Below, piece after piece: positions 38,064 to 46,281 of a stretch of 46,281 nt of DNA (its first letter is position 1; every line of letters starts with the position of its first letter). Location: NCBI GenBank assembly GCA_022562105.1, contig JADFPW010000001.1:1-46281 (forward strand), written 5' to 3'. A model generated the notes under the pieces. It made no database searches. It was not told the DNA's origin and saw only the letters and a list, made by a program, of their open reading frames with translations. The translations under genes were made by a program, and so were the position numbers. Source of the stretch: Planctomycetota bacterium (lineage in GTDB: Bacteria; Planctomycetota; Phycisphaerae; UBA1845).

Positions 38064-38097
38064 CAGCAGATCGATCGGTTCCCTCGCACCGTCAATC

Positions 38098-40476
38098 ATG
38101 TCCACACGCAAGCCTCAACGCGCCCTCATCAGCGTTTACGACAAGACCGGCCTCGTCGATTTCGCTCGCGCTCTGGTGGACGAGTTCGGCATCGAGATCA
38201 TCTCCACCGGTGGGACGGCCAAGCTGCTGACCGAAGCGAAGATCCCGGTCACGCTTGTCGAGGAGGTCACCGGCTCGCCCGAGTTGCTCGGAGGACGGGT
38301 CAAGACTCTGCATCCTAAGATCCACGCCGCCATCCTGGCTGACCGGGACAACCCCGAGCACATGCGTCAGCTCGACGAGCAGGGCATCAAGCCCATCGAC
38401 ATGGTGGTGGTCAACCTCTACCCCTTCGAGAAGACGGTAGCCGACCCTAATTGCACGTTCGAGCAGGCCATCGAAATGATCGACATCGGCGGGGTGACTC
38501 TGCTGCGGGCTGCCGCGAAGAATCACAAACACGTCATCGTGGTGCCCTGGTCCGACGGTTATTACGATTTGATCCTCGGGCGACTACGTTCGACCGTGAC
38601 GGGAGGTGAACCCTGCGGGTTGAAAGAGGACAGCTTCAACGCTTTTTGGGCGACCTGCTCATACGACTCGATCGTCGCCTCCTGGTTGAGCCGGTCTGAT
38701 GACGATGAGTCGCCAGACTTCCACGCCGTTCGGATGTGGCGCACACAGCATCTGCGATACGGTGAGAATCCACATCAATCTGCCGATCATCTTCTGATCT
38801 ATGATACAGAAGAGTGGCGTCACGACCTCGCAGTCGGATCATTGGACTCATTATCCTTCAATAACTGTGTCGATGCCAGCGCGGCTTTGGAGCTGTGCGC
38901 CGAGCTCACCCTGGCGTTCGGTGCCGGGAAACGACGCCCGGAAATAGGATCCCAAGAAGCGCGGCATGGAGCAGTGTGGCACCGGTTTTCAACCGGTGAA
39001 CAGTGTGGCACCGGCTTTCAACCGGTGAAGCTGGATAACCCGAGCTCATCACTCCAACGAGTTGACGACGAACGACACACTCGACGAAACCTTCCTCACA
39101 TTCAAACACCCGGCAAGACCTACTTTGTGACGTTCCGCGTCAAGGGCGATCAGAAACTGAGTCCAAATGAACGGCAGATCGTTCTGCAAGCCTGCCGATT
39201 CTGGGATGGGAAGAAGATTCATCTTCATGCCTGTGTGATCATGCCCGATCATGTACATTTGCTCTTCGCGCCTCAAGAGGTCAAGGGAGGGCAATGGGTG
39301 TCTCTTAGTGAGATCCTGCACTCGATCAAACGATACTCGGCTCGTGAGATCAATAAGCTGCGAGGGCGAACCGGGCCGCTGTGGCTGGACGAGTGTTTCG
39401 ATCGCATTGTTCGTAATGAGCGGGAGTTCTGCGAGAAAGCGGACTACATTGCCGATAACCCGATCAAGGAAGGACTCGTTGATGCGGAACCGTATGAATG
39501 GTGGTGGGATGAGGAAGCTCACCGGTTGGGAATTGGTGCCGAGAGCGAGAATCGACAACAACACAAACACCGGTTGAAAACCGGTGCCACACAGGAGGGT
39601 GCCACACAGGAGGGTGCCACACAGGAGGGTGCCACACAGGAGCGTGGCGCACAGGGGTTGTCCTATTGTTGCACATTCACCAAGCATACCAATGCCTGCG
39701 GTGTAGGGGTCGGGGCGGATCGCGTCGGTGCTTACCGGCGAGCGTACCTGGGCGATCCTAACGCAGCAATGGGAGGCATCCTGGCCTGTGATTTTAACGT
39801 CCAGTCCGAGTTCGCCGAGGCCGTGATGAATACCTACACTCGATGGGGCAAGGAGGCGGGCAGTCGGGGGTTTTTCGTTGAAGTGTGGATCGCTCCATCG
39901 TTCGACGAAGCCGCCCTGCAACTCATCCGCTCATCCAAGAACTGGGGGAAACGCGTCCAACTGCTCGACGCTCGTAACCTACTGGAGGCCCCCGCATCGC
40001 CGAACGAGCTTCAGTATCGCAGCGTGGCCGGGGGAATGCTGGTCCAGACGCCGGATGTCGTCGGGCTCAACGAGGGTGATTGGAAGGTGGCCACGACACG
40101 AGAACCCACCGATGCGGAAATGGATGATCTGCGGCTGGCGTGGCTGGTGTGCAAGCACACCAAGAGCAACGCCATCTCCATCTGCAAGGACGGGATGCTC
40201 ATCGGCAACGGGGCGGGGCAGGCGTCGCGGGTGATGAGCTGTCGGATCGCCACTTGGCTGGCCAATGACAACGGCCACGCGGACCAATTGGCGGGCGCGG
40301 TGGCGGCTTCGGATGCGTTTTTTCCATTTCGCGATGGCCCCGATCTGCTGGTGGATGCGGGAGTGACCGCGATCATCCAACCCGGGGGGTCCAAGCGCGA
40401 TCAGGATGTTATCGATGCCTGCAACGAGCGGGCGGTGGCCATGGTGCTGACCGGCACTCGCCACTTCAAGCACTAG
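38098..40476 (+). CDS. purH: bifunctional IMP cyclohydrolase/AICAR transformylase PurH carrying an in-frame RAYT/REP insertion
   Basis: N-terminal part: ALISVYDKTGLVDFA, STGGTAKLL, GGRVKTLHPKIH, VVVNLYPF, LRAAAKNH, RYGENPHQ, SFNNCVDASAALEL. C-terminal part: TKHTNACGV, KSNAI, GNGAGQASRV, ASDAFFPFRDG, IQPGGSKRD, RHFKH. About 250 extra residues lie between the two parts, with no stop codon. Confidence 0.85.
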   Translation: MSTRKPQRALISVYDKTGLVDFARALVDEFGIEIISTGGTAKLLTEAKIPVTLVEEVTGSPELLGGRVKTLHPKIHAAILADRDNPEHMRQLDEQGIKPIDMVVVNLYPFEKTVADPNCTFEQAIEMIDIGGVTLLRAAAKNHKHVIVVPWSDGYYDLILGRLRSTVTGGEPCGLKEDSFNAFWATCSYDSIVASWLSRSDDDESPDFHAVRMWRTQHLRYGENPHQSADHLLIYDTEEWRHDLAVGSLDSLSFNNCVDASAALELCAELTLAFGAGKRRPEIGSQEARHGAVWHRFSTGEQCGTGFQPVKLDNPSSSLQRVDDERHTRRNLPHIQTPGKTYFVTFRVKGDQKLSPNERQIVLQACRFWDGKKIHLHACVIMPDHVHLLFAPQEVKGGQWVSLSEILHSIKRYSAREINKLRGRTGPLWLDECFDRIVRNEREFCEKADYIADNPIKEGLVDAEPYEWWWDEEAHRLGIGAESENRQQHKHRLKTGATQEGATQEGATQEGATQERGAQGLSYCCTFTKHTNACGVGVGADRVGAYRRAYLGDPNAAMGGILACDFNVQSEFAEAVMNTYTRWGKEAGSRGFFVEVWIAPSFDEAALQLIRSSKNWGKRVQLLDARNLLEAPASPNELQYRSVAGGMLVQTPDVVGLNEGDWKVATTREPTDAEMDDLRLAWLVCKHTKSNAISICKDGMLIGNGAGQASRVMSCRIATWLANDNGHADQLAGAVAASDAFFPFRDGPDLLVDAGVTAIIQPGGSKRDQDVIDACNERAVAMVLTGTRHFKH
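38972..39658 (+). mobile_element. REPtron: RAYT (IS200/IS605-like Y1 transposase domain, about 39061-39510) flanked by inverted family-C REPs
   Basis: RAYT motifs: RRNLPHIQTPGKTYFVTFRV, HUH (MPDHVHLLF), SIKRYSAREIN, FDRIVRNE and ADYIADNPIKEGLV. Left flank has 2 x CAGTGTGGCACCGG(T/C)TTTCAACCGGTGAA. Right flank is the inverted CACCGGTTGAAAACCGGTGCCACACAGG. Confidence 0.8.
39584..39658 (+). repeat. 15-bp tandem repeat (about 5 units) encoding (GATQE)n
   Basis: GTGCCACACAGGAGG repeated three times exactly, then GTGCCACACAGGAGC and GTGGCGCACAGGGGT. The unit is the tail of the family-C REP. Its length is a multiple of 3. Confidence 0.85.
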
Positions 40477-40532
40477 CGTAGTTCCTCATTGAAACCGCAA
40501 CGAATCTATGTCCGAGCCGCGATCGTTTGACA

Positions 40533-40614
40533 TCCGAGCCGCGACCGTCAGGGAGCGGTTGCCTGTGACCAAGCCGTCATGCGACGCTAGCGCTCCCTCA
40601 CGGTCGCGGCTCGG
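40533..40614. repeat. REP-like hairpin, family B (plus partial extra arm at 40511-40522)
   Basis: Left arm TCCGAGCCGCGACCGTCAGGGAGCGG, a 32-nt loop, then right arm CGCTCCCTCACGGTCGCGGCTCGG. Confidence 0.8.
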
Positions 40615-40693
40615 TTTCCCAACGGATTCTCCGCATTCGCCACGCGGTCCGCGACCGTTATAATCGCGGCCACGTATAAGCAGGGTGTCACGC

Positions 40694-41239
40694 ATGAAGC
40701 TCTATACGAAAGGCGGCGACGGAGGGGAGACGGACTTGCGCGGTGGACGCCGCGTACCCAAGGACGATATACGCATCGCCGCCTACGGAGATCTCGATGA
40801 ATTGAACGCCACCATCGGGATGGCGGTGGCGGCCCTGGACGATGACACCACCATCGGTTCATTGCGTGATGTTCAGAACCGTCTCTTCGATCTGGGGGCG
40901 GCGCTGATGGCCGACGCGGCGAAGGACGACGATCCGGTGGTCTCCTCCGACGACGTTACCACGCTGGAATCGTGGATCGACGCGGCCTCGGCGGAGCTGT
41001 CTGAACTCAAGAACTTCATCCTACCGGGCGGAACGGAGGCGGCGGCACGCTTGCATCTGGCCCGAACCGTGTGCCGGCGGGCTGAGCGCACCCTGGTCTC
41101 CCTCGGCGGAATGACCGCGATTCCAGGTCACGCGATCCAATACGTGAACCGCCTCAGCGATCTGCTCTTCGCCTTGGCCCGTCTGGCCAACGCCCGCGCT
41201 TCGGTCGCGGACGTCCCCTGGCAACACACGAAACCATGA
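40694..41239 (+). CDS. ATP:cob(I)alamin adenosyltransferase, PduO type
   Basis: 181 aa. N-terminus MKLYTKGGDGGETDL. Motifs AYGDLDELNATIG, LPGG and RTVCRRAER. Confidence 0.9.
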   Translation: MKLYTKGGDGGETDLRGGRRVPKDDIRIAAYGDLDELNATIGMAVAALDDDTTIGSLRDVQNRLFDLGAALMADAAKDDDPVVSSDDVTTLESWIDAASAELSELKNFILPGGTEAAARLHLARTVCRRAERTLVSLGGMTAIPGHAIQYVNRLSDLLFALARLANARASVADVPWQHTKP

Positions 41240-44200
41240 GCATCACTCGCATCCTCAAGACCGACGAGATTCGCCCACGCGAGGTGGTGTTCGTCATTCT
41301 GGTCTGTGCCGTGGTGGCCGGGAGCTGTTTGCTCACCAGCGGACCCACTACCAGCTTCCTTTCCGATGGGGCGGTTGATTGGGGCGCAAACTCGTGGCTA
41401 CGGTCCGTCGTCGGTGTGCTTGACCTCAACTACTCGCAAACGACCGCCCAGGGAATCGCCGTCAAATCGTTCGTCTTCGGAATGGGTGCGGCGCTAGCGC
41501 TGGTCTTGCTCGGAGGATCGCTGCTCATTCGCTCACCTTCCGGTGAAGAACTGACCGCCGACGACCACGTCGTGACGGAGAGCGCCAAGGATGCTATAGC
41601 CGTTCCGAAAACGCTGGTCCGCGCCCAAATTGACCCCCGGCTCGGCGCTCAAGTGTTGGCTGGCATGTTGCTCGTCTACTCGGCGATCGGCACGCAATGG
41701 GCGCAGTCACCCGAGCTCGCCCTGGGTGGAACCTTGCTGTTGGCCACAGGCTTGGCTTGGGCCTTCGCGCTGGGGAGTGGACTCAAGCCGCGAAGCGCAT
41801 CTGTTTGCGGATCCGGAATCGTGGTCGCCTTGGCCATCACCGCACTCATGGCCATCTGGTATCACCATGAACGAAATCCAACCCTGCGGGCGAGCTATCC
41901 GGTGGGGAACCCGCTGTTTCTGGCGGCGTGCTTGCTCCCGGGACTGCTATTGGCCGGCGCCCTCATCGCCGCCGCGCTTCGCTTGTTGTGTTCGCCACGT
42001 CGATGCACCCGATGCCGGGCGACGATGGATACGTCTGCCCTCTCCTGCCCGCAATGCGGATCGGCCGTGGCGTTAAAGTCACCGGGCCGCCTGTGGGCCG
42101 TCGTGGCCGGTGCTGGGGCCGCCACCGTAGCGATCGCGTGGGCATTCTATCTGGCTGGAGGTCGGGGTCCGTTGGTGGGGTTGGTCGCCGGGGTGGGTGT
42201 TGGAGCCACCTTGCTGCTACCCAAGCGCCCGCGGCGGTATGCGGGTCTGCTCATCGCCGTGGCTGGAGTCGGGCTGCTCGGCTGGTTCTACAGTCAATCG
42301 ACCAACGCCTTGCCCACCGGACGGGACGCCACTATTCGCATGCGCTTCTACGCGTGGGACTACGCCCTCGATCTGATCGCTCGCAAGCCCTTGCTCGGTC
42401 ATGGACAGGGCGGATTCGTCGCCCTGGGCGACAGCCTGGCCGCCGCAGACGTCGAGTTCGATCCGTTGGCCCTGAACGCCCGCGTCACCCATACGCACAA
42501 CGAATGGCTCGAACTCCTGACCGACCTGGGGTCGATCGGGACCGTGCTGTGGTTGGCTGCGTTGGGGTTGACCATGGTGGCGGGCATACGGGCGATGGAT
42601 CGGGCCCGGACGGTCTGGGTGCGTTACGTGTTGGCCGGCCTGTTGGCCTCACTAGCGGGATTGGCCGTCGAGGAAACCTTCGGCGTCGGTCTGCGCGTCG
42701 CCGGCCTGCCGACCGTCTTCTACACCCTGATTGGCCTGACCTGGGCGATGTCCGCCCCGCCGACCGTGCGCGGTGCAGCGTCGCTCATCCCTGCCCGGAT
42801 CGGGCGTCCGATCGCCGTTGTGGTATGCCTCGGGGGTGCCCTGGTGCTGGCCCGCTTCAACTATCATGACTTTCGCGGCGCCCGTGCCGGGTATGAGTTC
42901 CCACTATCGATGGCCCGGCTTGACTGGGACGCCGCCGTGTCGCAGGCTCGGACGGCCAGACAATCGCGACTGAATCCGCAACGGCGCCTGGTCGCCATGG
43001 AGCAACTCAGCGCCGTGCACCTTAACATCGCCAGGTATCATTTCGAATCGTTCCGCCAGCGTATGGCTCGAGCAGAGCAGGATGAGTCCGGCTCACGCCG
43101 CGAGACCTTGGCTCGTAAGGATCTGAAACGCGCCGCGGACCATCAACGACGCGGCATGATCGCACTCGGCTACTTGTATCGAGCCGCGCCGGGTTATTGG
43201 AATGCGAATCGGCTATGGGGCGAGTTCAGCCTCCTGCATGCGGAACTCCTGGCCGCCGAGGGCGACACCGACAACGCCAACCAGCAACACGCCAACGCCG
43301 TCGCCGCCCTCCGCCAGGAGCTGCAACGCCGACCCTTCAACCTCGAACTCACCGCACGACTCGTCGAGGTGGCCGGGCCGGGAATCCCACCGTCCGATTT
43401 GGTGACCATTCTTTCTCGCCCGCTGCGGGTCAATTCTCTATCCCCCGCCTATGTCCAGTTAGTGCTGCAGTCGGCTCAGTGGCCCGGCATGACCGAGGCC
43501 ATCGACGACCTCGCTCGAACGATCCGAACATTCGCGCCACCCGCGGTGCCGGACGAATGGACGACGCCGTGGGCGCCGGAGGTGCTGCGTATCCACGCCC
43601 TGCTTCGCTTTCAGACCTTTGAGTATGCTGCCGCCGAGGACGCCTTGGAAATCGCGGTCGATCTCTACGGCAAGCTTCCGCTTCGGTCATTGTTGGCTAC
43701 CGCCCACGCCCTAGCGGAGTTGGCCGATTGTCGGTTCTTCGCTCACCCGGAGATGCCCCAACGAGCCATCGAGTCCGCCGAACGGGCGTTGATCGACTGT
43801 CCGGATTCCCAGCCCGGCCGTGCGTTGCGGGCAGTCGTTCGAGCGCGAATGCTACGGTATCGCCTCGCCGCTGGTCAGGAAGATGCGGTCCGGGCCGCGC
43901 TTCGGGCTGAGTTTCCCGAGGTGGCTGCCGAGTTGATCGAATTGGAAATCGGCGCCCGATACGCCAATATCTGTTTTTCGTTTCGACACCGCGATGCTGC
44001 GGAGTTTCCCCCGATGTACGAGCGTTGGGTCGAGCGAGCTGCAGAGCTCAACCCCAACTACGAACTCGTCTGGCGACTCAAGGCCGACATCGCCTTTCAA
44101 GACGGTCGAGACGCCGATGCGGTCGAACACCTTCGGCGGGCGCTACAACAGGGGGCTGACCCCAACTTGATTATCGCGTTTGTGCAAGTCGGACTCAGCA

Positions 44201-44424
44201 AGCGACCCGACAGCCAGCCGTTCCTGGAACTGCACGCTGAACTGCTGCCAGAGTTCCAGAACCCGCCGGCCACCACCGACGCAACTCCCCCGGCCGTACC
44301 GGTGCCGGATGAACCATTAATCCTGGCCAACCCGCCCGCCCTGGAGCCCGAGGGCGACAGCCGACTCGGGCCACCGCCTGAGGAAACTGATTCGCGGATT
44401 GCGCCAGGGGAAGACGCGCCTTGA
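41236..44424 (+). CDS. O-antigen ligase (Wzy_C)-like polytopic membrane protein with embedded zinc ribbon and C-terminal TPR-like region
   Basis: 1062 aa with many TM segments. THTHNEWLELLTDLGSIG is typical of the O-antigen ligase family. CTRCRAT...CPQCG ribbon. Helical repeats after about residue 600. Its ATG overlaps the upstream stop codon (ATGA). Confidence 0.7.
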   Translation: MSITRILKTDEIRPREVVFVILVCAVVAGSCLLTSGPTTSFLSDGAVDWGANSWLRSVVGVLDLNYSQTTAQGIAVKSFVFGMGAALALVLLGGSLLIRSPSGEELTADDHVVTESAKDAIAVPKTLVRAQIDPRLGAQVLAGMLLVYSAIGTQWAQSPELALGGTLLLATGLAWAFALGSGLKPRSASVCGSGIVVALAITALMAIWYHHERNPTLRASYPVGNPLFLAACLLPGLLLAGALIAAALRLLCSPRRCTRCRATMDTSALSCPQCGSAVALKSPGRLWAVVAGAGAATVAIAWAFYLAGGRGPLVGLVAGVGVGATLLLPKRPRRYAGLLIAVAGVGLLGWFYSQSTNALPTGRDATIRMRFYAWDYALDLIARKPLLGHGQGGFVALGDSLAAADVEFDPLALNARVTHTHNEWLELLTDLGSIGTVLWLAALGLTMVAGIRAMDRARTVWVRYVLAGLLASLAGLAVEETFGVGLRVAGLPTVFYTLIGLTWAMSAPPTVRGAASLIPARIGRPIAVVVCLGGALVLARFNYHDFRGARAGYEFPLSMARLDWDAAVSQARTARQSRLNPQRRLVAMEQLSAVHLNIARYHFESFRQRMARAEQDESGSRRETLARKDLKRAADHQRRGMIALGYLYRAAPGYWNANRLWGEFSLLHAELLAAEGDTDNANQQHANAVAALRQELQRRPFNLELTARLVEVAGPGIPPSDLVTILSRPLRVNSLSPAYVQLVLQSAQWPGMTEAIDDLARTIRTFAPPAVPDEWTTPWAPEVLRIHALLRFQTFEYAAAEDALEIAVDLYGKLPLRSLLATAHALAELADCRFFAHPEMPQRAIESAERALIDCPDSQPGRALRAVVRARMLRYRLAAGQEDAVRAALRAEFPEVAAELIELEIGARYANICFSFRHRDAAEFPPMYERWVERAAELNPNYELVWRLKADIAFQDGRDADAVEHLRRALQQGADPNLIIAFVQVGLSKRPDSQPFLELHAELLPEFQNPPATTDATPPAVPVPDEPLILANPPALEPEGDSRLGPPPEETDSRIAPGEDAP

Positions 44425-44710
44425 GCCGACCAGGGGCCTCGCGTCGCGATCCCGATTGTCGATTTCCAATTGACGATCCGCAATCGACAGATTATGGGAA
44501 CCCTGTGACCCGGACCCCACCTGGAGCGCATTCGCTTCAGACCCCCACCCTAACCACACGATGCAACAGGTGCTTCGCGTGGCCATCGCGGTCCGGTATC
44601 CAGGGGCCATGGGGTGGGATTTGACCAGACACGCGGCTGGGCCCATGGTGATGTCGGGTGGAGCAACTTGGGCGACCCGTCAACCGCAAGACAAAGGACA
44701 TGGGCACTGC

Positions 44711-45967
44711 ATGGACGCTCTCATGAGGCAATTCGATTGTGCAGCCAAGCCGACGACACGGGTTCTTTCTCTCGGCAATCCCCTGTGCCGTTGTGCTGCG
44801 TTGCCATCGCTGGCCCTCGTCCTCAGTCTAGGGTTGGTTCTCGCCGGTTGCAATTCGCTCGGTAGCTCGACGGGTGGTGGTTCGCCCGCACACGATGGTT
44901 CCGAACGGCCCACCGACGGCAATCAGGATTCCACCGCCGCCGCCGACCTGAACCTCAAGGACGGCGAACCCAACGACGTCTTTGGATCAGCCCTATCCGT
45001 GATTTTCAAGGATGACCAGGCTGAATTGCAGGGAACCATTACCGCCCGCGGCGACATCGATGTATTCATCCTGGGAGCGATGGAGCCGGGCGACCGAATC
45101 GAGATTGACGTTGACACGTTCGGCTCCGGATTGGATTCAGCCATCGCAGTATTCGACGACCAGGGCCGTCTGTTTGCTGACAACGACGATCGATCCGGGA
45201 GCAACCTGGACAGCTATCTCAACGAAGTGGTTCGACATGCCGGTGATCCTTACTACCTGGCCGTCAGTGCGACATTTTTTCCTCTCAGCAGCGGCGCAGA
45301 GGACGGCGGGTATTGGATCACCGTTGATATCACGCCCGGTGGATCGGTGCCCGACCCGGTGGTCCAGGTGCTCTTCCTCGACTTCGACGGTGGCACCCTG
45401 ACCAATCCGGACTTGATCGACGTCAACGACTTCGGCAGCGAGATCCGTCCGTTCAGCGGCGAGAGCATTGCCCCCATCTATAGAGGCGATACCGAGACCA
45501 TCAAGCAATCCATCATCGACACCCTGGCTGAGAACTTCGAAGGCCTGGGCATCGAGTTGGTCTCCAGCGACGATGGAGTCCCGGACGTTATCGAGTTCTC
45601 CACCATCATGTTCGGCAGCCTCTCGCAGGCGGCGTTCGGAATCTCCGAATCGGTCGACTCGTACAACAGCGATCCATCGGATATGGCCGTCATCTTCACT
45701 GAGTCGTTCGGTCCTTTCGTATTCGGAAGCATTCCTCGACCTGTGGATCTGGGAATCGCCATCGGTAACGTCGCCGCCCACGAAGCCGGCCACCTGCTGG
45801 GACTGAATCACGTAGAGGATCCGCGGGCGATCATGGACACCGCCTCCCCGGCGGACACCTTCCTCGACGACCAGGACTTCACAGAAGCGCCATTGTCTCC
45901 TCAGATCATGGACCTCGGCACCCAAGACGCCCTGTTGCTCCTGAGCGAGATCTTGGGCATTCAGTAG
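44711..45967 (+). CDS. metzincin (matrixin-like) zinc metalloprotease lipoprotein with PPC-like N-terminal domain
   Basis: 418 aa from MDALMRQ.... Lipobox LVLAGC. GEPNDVFGSA...GDIDVFIL resembles a pre-peptidase C-terminal domain. HEAGHLLGLNH zinc motif followed by a Met-turn (AIMD). Confidence 0.75.
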   Translation: MDALMRQFDCAAKPTTRVLSLGNPLCRCAALPSLALVLSLGLVLAGCNSLGSSTGGGSPAHDGSERPTDGNQDSTAAADLNLKDGEPNDVFGSALSVIFKDDQAELQGTITARGDIDVFILGAMEPGDRIEIDVDTFGSGLDSAIAVFDDQGRLFADNDDRSGSNLDSYLNEVVRHAGDPYYLAVSATFFPLSSGAEDGGYWITVDITPGGSVPDPVVQVLFLDFDGGTLTNPDLIDVNDFGSEIRPFSGESIAPIYRGDTETIKQSIIDTLAENFEGLGIELVSSDDGVPDVIEFSTIMFGSLSQAAFGISESVDSYNSDPSDMAVIFTESFGPFVFGSIPRPVDLGIAIGNVAAHEAGHLLGLNHVEDPRAIMDTASPADTFLDDQDFTEAPLSPQIMDLGTQDALLLLSEILGIQ

Positions 45968-46153
45968 GCCCCCACCGTGAAACCGCCTGGGCCCCGAGCC
46001 ATCGCCGAACCGTAGTCTACTGCGTAAGGCTTGGCTGTCACGGCGTTGTAACGACCACCACGGTGGTCTTCGGGCTGGGTTGACATCGACTCCTGGCTCC
46101 GCATAGGGTGGAGCCTTGTTGGGGTCGATGGTTCCCGTATGGGATGGATGGCG

Positions 46154-46281
46154 ATGAGCAGACTCAGCATCAGGTCAACTTGTAAGACTGCGGTGGCAGC
46201 ACCGCTGATTCTCACGCTGCTGGCGGGAGTACCGTTCGCCGATGGGTTGCTGTTGCACGACCACAGCGACCATGGCGTCCA
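46154..46281 (+). CDS. 5' fragment of a secreted protein gene (runs off the window)
   Basis: ATG followed by MSRLSIRSTCKTAVAAPLILTLLAGVPFADG... (signal-peptide-like). Open to the end of the window. Confidence 0.3.
   Translation, partial: MSRLSIRSTCKTAVAAPLILTLLAGVPFADGLLLHDHSDHGV

Noticed and set aside
37807-38097. N-terminal extension of the purH ORF back to 37807, which gives the 889-aa version.
   Set aside because: It overlaps the end of the BamB-like gene in another frame. PurH homology starts at MSTRKPQRALISVYDKTG (ATG at 38098).
38064-38097. ZTP (pfl) riboswitch upstream of purH.
   Set aside because: Only 34 nt separate the upstream stop codon from the purH ATG, which is too short for the motif. 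No conserved pfl elements were seen.
38972-39658. Possibility that the purH insertion is an intein.
   Set aside because: There is no Cys/Ser/Thr junction pattern, no block A/B motifs and no C-terminal His-Asn. The inserted domain is clearly a Y1/HUH transposase flanked by REPs.
39568-39658. Possibility that the tandem repeats and REP doublets are a CRISPR array.
   Set aside because: The units are directly abutting 15-mers or 29-mers with no spacers. They are tails of a REP family. No cas genes are present in the window.
45961-46215. 84-aa minus-strand ORF after the metalloprotease gene.
   Set aside because: No ribosome-binding site or recognisable motifs. It overlaps the more plausible signal-peptide ORF that starts at 46154 on the plus strand.

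Overview
High-GC chromosomal segment, probably from a Planctomycetota-like genome. That assignment is an inference from the gene content (CRTAC1/ASPIC-UnbV, DUF3179, many small zinc-ribbon proteins) and from the dense intergenic palindromic repeats. CDS coordinates include the stop codon, as in the ORF track.

Most of the window is housekeeping: aldehyde dehydrogenase, fabI, gpsA, pabB-pabC-nif3, metH, pgpA, icd, arsM, der, a MATE pump, metG, scpB, purH, a PduO-type adenosyltransferase, an O-antigen-ligase/TPR protein and a metzincin lipoprotein. No rRNA, tRNA or CRISPR array was recognised.

Three things stand out:
1. purH (38098-40476) is a single uninterrupted ORF of 792 codons. It contains, in frame, a complete REP-associated tyrosine transposase (RAYT, IS200/Y1 family). 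The RAYT is flanked by inverted REP hairpins and a frame-preserving 15-bp tandem array.
2. A DUF3179 gene (4892-5506, minus strand) is split by one in-frame TGA. The TGA sits where I recall the family has the first Cys of its CPLC motif. A strong SECIS-like stem-loop follows it, so this is a candidate selenoprotein.
3. At least five distinct palindromic REP-like families (A-E) populate the intergenic regions. One of them (family C) is the family that flanks the RAYT.

The first ~2 kb is an A/T-richer orphan gene cluster of unknown function. All homology calls come from reading the translated ORFs by eye. No searches were run.
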